A stretch of 64,000 bases of DNA from the NCBI GenBank assembly GCA_045105515.1, contig JBGCDR010000036.1, forward strand, positions 1 through 64,000, given 5' to 3'. Below the pieces are notes generated by a model. It did not search any database, had not been told where the DNA came from, and saw nothing but the letters and a program-made list of their open reading frames with translations. The position numbers were made by a program, and so were the translations under genes. The stretch is from Oligoflexales bacterium (GTDB taxonomy: Bacteria; Bdellovibrionota_B; Oligoflexia; Oligoflexales; Bog-1112). The stretch's first letter is position 1; every line of letters starts with the position of its first letter. Shown here piece by piece: positions 57,763 to 64,000 of the stretch.

Positions 57763-58395
57763 TTATCTTTTGGCATTTTTCTTGAGCAGCTTTTGCCCTT
57801 CTTTGCTTTCCAGTAATTGCTTAATTCGGTTTGCCGCCTCATCATTGGTTGCAAAGCTGTCATTAAAGCAAAGAGATGAATGCTCAAATCCTTCGAGTCT
57901 TTCTTTTAATTGACTTGTCAGGCGATCCATCAATAGCTCTTCTCTTTCTTTCATATTTCCAACATTGGCTATATCGGATAGAAGCGGACGTTTCTTCAGC
58001 TCTTCAGGGTGAGATGCAAAGCGTTTAGCTATAGCACTTGGAGAAACCTGCAGCCACACGGTCACCCCTAGGTCTTCAATCAGATCTAAGTTTTGATCAG
58101 CCTGCATGGTACCCCCGCCAAGAGAAATGACTTGGCTTACGGCTGACTTAATGGATGAAAGTGCCTCAGTTTCCTTTTTCCTAAAATAGTCTTCGCCGTG
58201 ATCCTTGAATATATTCTTGATGGATTTTTTTTCCGATTTTTCTATCCAGTCATCTAAATCGAGATAGCCGAAGCCCAACCGCCGAGCAAGTTGCTTGCCT
58301 ATGGCTGTTTTGCCGCTTCCACAAATACCTGTTAATATGATGTTTTTTAGATTTTTTGGTAATCTTTCGGACTTTTCTTTGCCATATAATATCAT
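57763..58395 (-). CDS. aroK: Shikimate kinase
   Basis: GICGSGKT, DLDDWIE, GEDYFR..E, ISLGGG, RPLL. Confidence 0.92.
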   Translation of the reverse strand: MILYGKEKSERLPKNLKNIILTGICGSGKTAIGKQLARRLGFGYLDLDDWIEKSEKKSIKNIFKDHGEDYFRKKETEALSSIKSAVSQVISLGGGTMQADQNLDLIEDLGVTVWLQVSPSAIAKRFASHPEELKKRPLLSDIANVGNMKEREELLMDRLTSQLKERLEGFEHSSLCFNDSFATNDEAANRIKQLLESKEGQKLLKKNAKR

Positions 58396-58629
58396 TTTGC
58401 TTTCTTAATCTGCTAAGACCTCGGCATAATTGGCCAGAGGATAAGAAGTTGTTCCACTCGCTCATCGACGGGAGCATCAAAAAAAGCCCCGATTACATTT
58501 TAACCCAGCTTGGCTAAAAGGAAGATAAGAGCTCCCCAATCCAGCCTTATATTCGATATTGGTTTGAATGAGAATAAATATTTCTGCTTTAGTGTAACAA
58601 GGGCGGCTAGCAAAGGAGCAGGTAGCACC

Positions 58630-59448
58630 ATGTTGATAAAAGAAACAAAACTCAAAGATCGTATTGAATGGACTATTGACGATCCAAAAAATGGCAACTC
58701 CTTAGGAATGAGGATGTATGATCGATTCCATGAGTTATTGACTAGTTTGGAGAAAGAATGCGAAAGAAGTATTCACGGTTCCCATGATGATGCACCGACC
58801 ACACGTTTGCTTGTGATTAAAGCAAATTATGACGGTAGCCAAGCGCAGCCCATTTGGGTCGCTGGTGGTAACCTTAAGGAGCTTGCCTCCTTGAATCAGG
58901 CTGAAGCTAGAAACTATATCAAGAATTATTCTATGCTATGCCGGAGGCTGCTAAACTTGCCTATTCCCGTACTTTTTGCCATGGATGGTCAAGTTATCGG
59001 TGGGGGAGTTGAGCTTGCTTTGTTTGGTGATCTCCGCTTCGCTACAGCTTCAACAACTTTTTCTTTCAAACAGCTTAGGGTTGGCCTTGCTTTAGGCTAT
59101 GGTAGTTCCAATCGTTTGACACAGCTGATTGGTCCTTCGAGTGCTATGGATTATTTGCTCCTACAAAAAGTCATTGGAGCTAAGGAATTGTTGGCAAAAG
59201 GTCTTATTCAGAAAGAGCTTTCAAGTGTTGGTGAGCTTGATGAGGCGATTGCAAACTTTAGTGCAAATCTTTCTCAGCTAGAACCACTAGCGGTTGCTAT
59301 GCAAAAGCGCATGCTAAATCGTGCTTTTTTATCTTTAAACTCTCAGGTTGAGCAAGATCTTGATGACTTTAGTAAGCTCTGGAAAAACCCAAGTCATTTG
59401 AAGTTTCTTGACCACTTTTTAAAAGGTGAGAGCAATGAACCAAGATGA
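58630..59448 (+). CDS. Enoyl-CoA hydratase/isomerase (crotonase) family protein
   Basis: AGGNLKE, PIPVLFAMDGQVIGGGVELALFGDLRFA; start placed at ATG 58630. Confidence 0.9.
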   Translation: MLIKETKLKDRIEWTIDDPKNGNSLGMRMYDRFHELLTSLEKECERSIHGSHDDAPTTRLLVIKANYDGSQAQPIWVAGGNLKELASLNQAEARNYIKNYSMLCRRLLNLPIPVLFAMDGQVIGGGVELALFGDLRFATASTTFSFKQLRVGLALGYGSSNRLTQLIGPSSAMDYLLLQKVIGAKELLAKGLIQKELSSVGELDEAIANFSANLSQLEPLAVAMQKRMLNRAFLSLNSQVEQDLDDFSKLWKNPSHLKFLDHFLKGESNEPR

Positions 59449-60358
59449 TTTGATCGTCCTTTCAACAGGTAAAATCTCTTTGAAGGATTCCGATCCTAAT
59501 AGTTTTTACTTCTATTCCGTAAGTTCAGAGCAATCTTTAGAGTCTGACTTTAGCCTGTCTAGTTATCTAAAGGTAGTTTGGTCCGAAGGCTTTAATAAGA
59601 GGTGTTCTTATCAGTGTTTTTATAAAGGGGTTAAACAAAAACTTGAAGTGAAGGCTAGTAGCTCTTTTGCTTTGTTTGACTTAACTTTTTTGGATGAAGG
59701 CTTAAAACTTTTGGCCTATGTAAATTGTCCTGAGAAGCAACCTGTCTCTTTCATGGATATTCAAGGTTATAAAAATTTGCTTATTCTTCCATTGGTTGGC
59801 TTAATAAATCGACAATGGAGAGATGGTTTCTGTGGGCATGTTATTCAGGGAGGTCTGGTAAGTTCCATGGTGCCTGCTGGTCCATTCCAAAGTTTAAGTT
59901 TTCCATACAAGAATTTAAACTTTCAGCCAGACCCTCAAGATAGCTGGAAAATAAAGGACTTAATGCAGCACTTTTCTGGCCCTGAATATTTGCGTCTTTC
60001 TTTAGTAGCAGCAATAAGCAGCCAGCTGGGTGCAACTGCGAGACAAGCCATTGATGTTGACTTGGTAACATTTTCACTTGAAACTGCGGTGTCTTTGCTA
60101 CTACTTAGGCAGGCTTATCCAGAAGCTAAGATTCAGCTCATCTCAAAAGATATTTTTAAAAACTGGCCAAAACCTTGGAAACATTTTGCGAACTGTTTGG
60201 GTATGCAAGCAGCGCCGGAGCAACCGGGCCATTTGGCCCTGCCTGCTAGCGAGATTGCTAAGCATATCAATCCAAGTAGGTTGCAGGAGTTAGCTATACA
60301 TATGAATGGCCCGTCTCAAATTCTCCGAGGCTTACTCCGCGTAGATACTAAACATTGA
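59435..60358 (+). CDS. Hypothetical protein
   Basis: About 307-aa ORF overlapping the crotonase stop; no family recognised. Confidence 0.65.
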   Translation: MNQDDLIVLSTGKISLKDSDPNSFYFYSVSSEQSLESDFSLSSYLKVVWSEGFNKRCSYQCFYKGVKQKLEVKASSSFALFDLTFLDEGLKLLAYVNCPEKQPVSFMDIQGYKNLLILPLVGLINRQWRDGFCGHVIQGGLVSSMVPAGPFQSLSFPYKNLNFQPDPQDSWKIKDLMQHFSGPEYLRLSLVAAISSQLGATARQAIDVDLVTFSLETAVSLLLLRQAYPEAKIQLISKDIFKNWPKPWKHFANCLGMQAAPEQPGHLALPASEIAKHINPSRLQELAIHMNGPSQILRGLLRVDTKH

Positions 60359-61466
60359 AGCGAAACTCCATAATGTCGCCATCAAGCACAGTGTACTCTT
60401 TGCCCTCGATACGAATCAGGCCTTGTTCCTTGAGCTTGACCTTGTTCCCTGCTTTAAGCAGCTCAGAGACCGTAAACACTTCGGCGCAGATGAAGCCTCG
60501 TTCAAAATCTGAGTGAATGACTCCTGCAGCTCCTGGGGCCTTTGTGCCTTTTTGAATTGTCCATGCACGAATCTCTTTTTCCCCAGCTGTAAAGTAGCTT
60601 TGAAGACCAAGCATTTTGTAGCCAGCTCTAATAAGGCGGTTCAAGCCGGGTTCGTTCAAGCCCAAATCTGCTAGCATTTCTTGCTTTTCATCGGTTTCCA
60701 ATTGACTTAGTTCTTCTTCTATTTTTCCTGAGACTATGACGACTTCAGCCTCTTCTTTGGCGGCAAACTCTTTAACACTTTTGGTATAGTCGTTGTCATG
60801 GTTTCCGTCAGCTAGGTCTTCATCGACATTGCACACATAAAGAACTTTCTTAGCTGTTATGAGGTGCATGTCTCTATATGCAAGAGAAACCTCGTGAACA
60901 TCACCAAGGTAATCATCTAGATTGAAGTTTCTTGCTGGTTTTAGTTCCTGGAGATGGTCTGCTAAAGCTTCAATCATTTTTAGAATTGCAGGAATTTCTT
61001 TTTTTCCAGTTTTTTCAAGTTTTTTGTACCTAGTGAGGCTAGACTCAACAGTTTCATTGTCGGCAAAAATTAATTCGGTTTGAATAATCTCGATATCCCT
61101 CACCGGGTTTACTCCCCCTTCCACATGAGTAATATCGCCAGAATCGAAGCACCTAACAACATGAGCAATAGCATCAGTAGAACGGATATGCCCCAAGAAT
61201 TTATTGCCCAGCCCTTCTCCGCGAGATGCCCCTTTAACAAGGCCAGCAATGTCAACGAATTCCATCGACGAAGGTATAATTTTTTGTGCTGGAACACAGC
61301 TTTCGATAGCCTCAAGTCGCTGGTCAGGCACATCGACCCGTCCTACATTCGGATCAATGGTGCAAAAAGGGTAATTCTCTGAAGCAGCTCCAGCTGAAGT
61401 AAGTGCATTAAAAATAGTTGACTTTCCTACATTTGGTAAGCCTACGATACCACATTTGAATCCCAT
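60348..61466 (-). CDS. ychF: Ribosome-binding ATPase YchF
   Basis: GIVGLPNVGKST, NYPFCTIDPN, DIAGLVKGAS.GEGLGNKFL, IHSDFERGFI, FRFNV. Confidence 0.98.
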   Translation of the reverse strand: MGFKCGIVGLPNVGKSTIFNALTSAGAASENYPFCTIDPNVGRVDVPDQRLEAIESCVPAQKIIPSSMEFVDIAGLVKGASRGEGLGNKFLGHIRSTDAIAHVVRCFDSGDITHVEGGVNPVRDIEIIQTELIFADNETVESSLTRYKKLEKTGKKEIPAILKMIEALADHLQELKPARNFNLDDYLGDVHEVSLAYRDMHLITAKKVLYVCNVDEDLADGNHDNDYTKSVKEFAAKEEAEVVIVSGKIEEELSQLETDEKQEMLADLGLNEPGLNRLIRAGYKMLGLQSYFTAGEKEIRAWTIQKGTKAPGAAGVIHSDFERGFICAEVFTVSELLKAGNKVKLKEQGLIRIEGKEYTVLDGDIMEFRFNV

Positions 61467-61472
61467 GGAAAT

Positions 61473-61964
61473 TTAACTCCGCATATTGATATATTGAAGA
61501 GGAAGGCCAAGGTCAGAGCTTTTCAGCATTGATATGACAGCCTGTAGGTCGTCAATCTTTTTCCCAGATACCCTAACCTGCTGGTCTTGGATCTGAGGTT
61601 GGACCTTAATTTTAGATTCCTTGATTGCTTTTGTTATTTTCTTGGCGTTTTCTTTATCGATTCCTGAGCGTAGAGCGACTTCCTGCTTTATAAGATTTCC
61701 TCCAGCCTCTTTTTCATCTCCGTAGTTGAGAACTCTGCAATCGATGCTGCGCTTTGCAAATTTGCCTTCTAATAATTGATGGATAGACCTCAATTTTATT
61801 TCATCATCAGCAGTGATTTTTATTTGTTTGTTTTCCTTGTCTAACTCTATGTTAGAGCTAGATCCGCGAAAATCAAATCGCCCTCGAATCTCTTTGCTGG
61901 TTTGGTTAACAGCGTTATCAACCTCCTGCAAATTTACTTCGCAAACGATATCGAAAGATGGCAT
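61473..61964 (-). CDS. yajQ: YajQ family nucleotide-binding protein
   Basis: MPSFDIV..V..QEVDNAVNQ, RFDFRGS, QVRVSGKKIDDLQ, LPLQYINMR. Confidence 0.96.
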   Translation of the reverse strand: MPSFDIVCEVNLQEVDNAVNQTSKEIRGRFDFRGSSSNIELDKENKQIKITADDEIKLRSIHQLLEGKFAKRSIDCRVLNYGDEKEAGGNLIKQEVALRSGIDKENAKKITKAIKESKIKVQPQIQDQQVRVSGKKIDDLQAVISMLKSSDLGLPLQYINMRS

Positions 61965-62046
61965 AATATCTCCTATGAATTAATACGTTATCTTTCTTAG
62001 GTATTCCAAAAGGCACCCTGCGAATCTTTTAAAGTAAAATTGGAAA

Positions 62047-63171
62047 ATGATGGATATTACCAACTTTTCTTCCCCTCATCTTATCATTATTTTCTTGATA
62101 TCTAGCTCCCTGGGAAACGTTCCAGTCTTAAAAGCTGCTGGCAAACTCTCTCCTTCGACGCGAGAGAACATACAAGTTAGTAATCGTAGCTTTAAGAAAT
62201 GTCGTTCTGACGCTCTTACTATGATGAAGGATGGAAAACTTTCTCCTAAGCGGCTAAAACGTAGACTGGTAGGATGCAAAGAAAAATTTCCTGGAGCTAG
62301 CCTTTACATTAGTTGTAAAAAAAAAGCACTAAAAACATATAAAGGTAAAAAAGCCAAACTTAAAGAAAAAGTATCAGAATGTAAGAAACTCTTGCTTGCT
62401 ACAAGCTTCGATGCTGCAAACCCCATACCTTTTAGTCTCCTTAAATCGCAGTATTTTTTTTCCGGAATTGGTTTTAATAAACCACTTTCTTTACGAGAGC
62501 TTGATCTACCAAACTTTGATTGTAGTAAGGTAAAGCCAGCTGTGAAAAAACCGCAGAATGCTGAGTTTTTTCTTTTTGGGAACCATCCTCAAATGTTCAA
62601 GGCATTTAGTCGATGGAATTCTAAGAAGGTTTCTAAAAGATTAGGACTTCCGTTAGAAATTCCGCCAGATGGGCATTATGTAGAAAACCTAGGTAAAGTT
62701 TTTGGAAATATTCGAACCAAAGCAGCTACGGTGTATTTTCCAAGTGCTAGTTGTGTTTTTAGTGGGCCGCTTGGAACAAATTTTACCGGATTAAGCGTTT
62801 ACTACCTTATTGATTCTAAGAGACAACTCTTGTTGCCGTACTTTTCAATAGCATTTTATCATCCCAATTTTTCTGCCATATCCAAGACCCAGATGGGCGA
62901 GGAAGTTCAAAAAATGTTTGCTGAAAATGGGTCTAAAGACCATAAAAAGGATTCCATAAGTGAATTGATTGATGTAATTGCTACATCAAAAATCAAGGAG
63001 TTTGATGAGGAGGGAGACCCTCGAAACTTATGTGCTTCCCCTCGTAAGCACCGGTTTATCGCTGTGCTCAAAGGGCGTAAAAATGAGATTGATAAGCTTG
63101 AATACTTAATTATGGCAAATGTAAAGAATTTGTGCAGTTTCGGTGACAGAATCACCCGCCTCTTCCGCTAA
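62047..63171 (+). CDS. Hypothetical exported Lys/Cys-rich protein
   Basis: Signal-like N terminus, very basic N-terminal helices with regularly spaced Cys. Confidence 0.7.
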   Translation: MMDITNFSSPHLIIIFLISSSLGNVPVLKAAGKLSPSTRENIQVSNRSFKKCRSDALTMMKDGKLSPKRLKRRLVGCKEKFPGASLYISCKKKALKTYKGKKAKLKEKVSECKKLLLATSFDAANPIPFSLLKSQYFFSGIGFNKPLSLRELDLPNFDCSKVKPAVKKPQNAEFFLFGNHPQMFKAFSRWNSKKVSKRLGLPLEIPPDGHYVENLGKVFGNIRTKAATVYFPSASCVFSGPLGTNFTGLSVYYLIDSKRQLLLPYFSIAFYHPNFSAISKTQMGEEVQKMFAENGSKDHKKDSISELIDVIATSKIKEFDEEGDPRNLCASPRKHRFIAVLKGRKNEIDKLEYLIMANVKNLCSFGDRITRLFR

Positions 63172-63264
63172 TGCTCACTTAGTAAGCGCTTTTCATAGTT
63201 TTAGAATCGTTGTAAAAGTTCCTATTGTAAAGGATACCTAACCTTAATTAGGAAGTGAATTAGC

Positions 63265-64000
63265 ATGCCTGGTATCGAGGATGTCAAAAACCGTATTCTA
63301 GGAAAAGCGCCGCTCGAAACGTTGGTCGGTGAATTTGTTAATTTAACAAAAAAAGCAGGTCGTTATACAGCATGCTGCCCTTTTCACGCAGAAAAGACTG
63401 CAAGTTTCTACCTCTATGACGATCATTATCATTGCTTTGGTTGCGGAGCACATGGCGATGTTATTTCTTTTGTCCAATCACAACAAGGGCTTGGCTTTAT
63501 AGATGCACTAAAATGGCTGGCCAACAAATTTAGCATCCCAGTTCCAGAGCTTGAGCGTAGTTCGCGAGATTTTAGCGAATGGAAAAAACACGCAAAACTT
63601 GGAAAGATTCTGCTGGAGGCTCAAGACTATTTTGTAGCTAATTTAAGTGCTCCGAATGGGCAAGCTGCCCGTGATTACCTCTTGAATCGGGGTTTCGCGA
63701 AAGAATCATGGGCTAAAATAGGATTTGGCTATGCCGCTGATTCTAGCCAAGACCTGATTTCTAAGTTACAGAATCACGGATATGAAATGTCGGAGCTAGA
63801 GGCTGTGTCCCTAGCAAGTGTCTTTCAGGGGCGCTCCTATGACTTTTTTCGCCATCGCTTGACTATTCCAATAAGGGATACTCATGGCCGTTTGATTGCT
63901 TTTGGTGGCCGAGCGTTGGGACAGCAGCAGCAGAAATATAAAAACAGCCGTTATGACAAAAGTGCTACCCTATTTGCCATGGATCTTGCCCGCAAAGAAA
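63265..64000 (+). CDS. dnaG: DNA primase, 5' part (runs off the window)
   Basis: Hand translation: MPGIEDVKNRIL...CCPFHAEKTASF...YHCFGCGAHGDVISF...YDFFRHRLTIPIRD..GRLIAFGGRAL...KYKNS. Confidence 0.96.
   Translation, partial: MPGIEDVKNRILGKAPLETLVGEFVNLTKKAGRYTACCPFHAEKTASFYLYDDHYHCFGCGAHGDVISFVQSQQGLGFIDALKWLANKFSIPVPELERSSRDFSEWKKHAKLGKILLEAQDYFVANLSAPNGQAARDYLLNRGFAKESWAKIGFGYAADSSQDLISKLQNHGYEMSELEAVSLASVFQGRSYDFFRHRLTIPIRDTHGRLIAFGGRALGQQQQKYKNSRYDKSATLFAMDLARKE

Overview
AT-rich bacterial chromosomal window. The gene content (deltaproteobacterial-style T2SS with GspN and PilM-like GspL, RRM protein, caa3 oxidase, sigma28-like boxes) suggests a Bdellovibrionota/Oligoflexia-like organism; this is an inference. 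Main blocks: (1) 0-13 kb, accessory patchwork with csaA, RRM protein, SAM methyltransferase, two decayed reading frames, a secreted triple-repeat protein resembling eukaryotic KA1 domains, tyrS, IHF/HU and a Tat-exported M15 peptidase; (2) 13-19 kb, aminotransferase, dsbD-patatin-sfsA and a stand-alone rplX; (3) 19-27 kb, a MauG/MbnH-type di-heme enzyme divergent from a YtkA-like gene and a caa3 oxidase operon with ctaG, with REP-like repeats; (4) tRNA-Asp, an orphan DNA methyltransferase, cysteine dioxygenase, MltD, M28 aminopeptidase and MaiA; (5) 33-40 kb, a FliT-like / degenerate glycosyltransferase-TPR / pseudo-receiver-TPR / Slt cluster; (6) 40-58 kb, a type II secretion operon with two GspC, two GspD secretins, a GspE with a degenerate MshEN domain and a GspI with an 8x12-bp PGNT tail; (7) aroK, crotonase, ychF, yajQ and the start of dnaG. 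No CRISPR array, rRNA or intact transposase was seen. All family assignments come from motif recognition by eye, not database searches.
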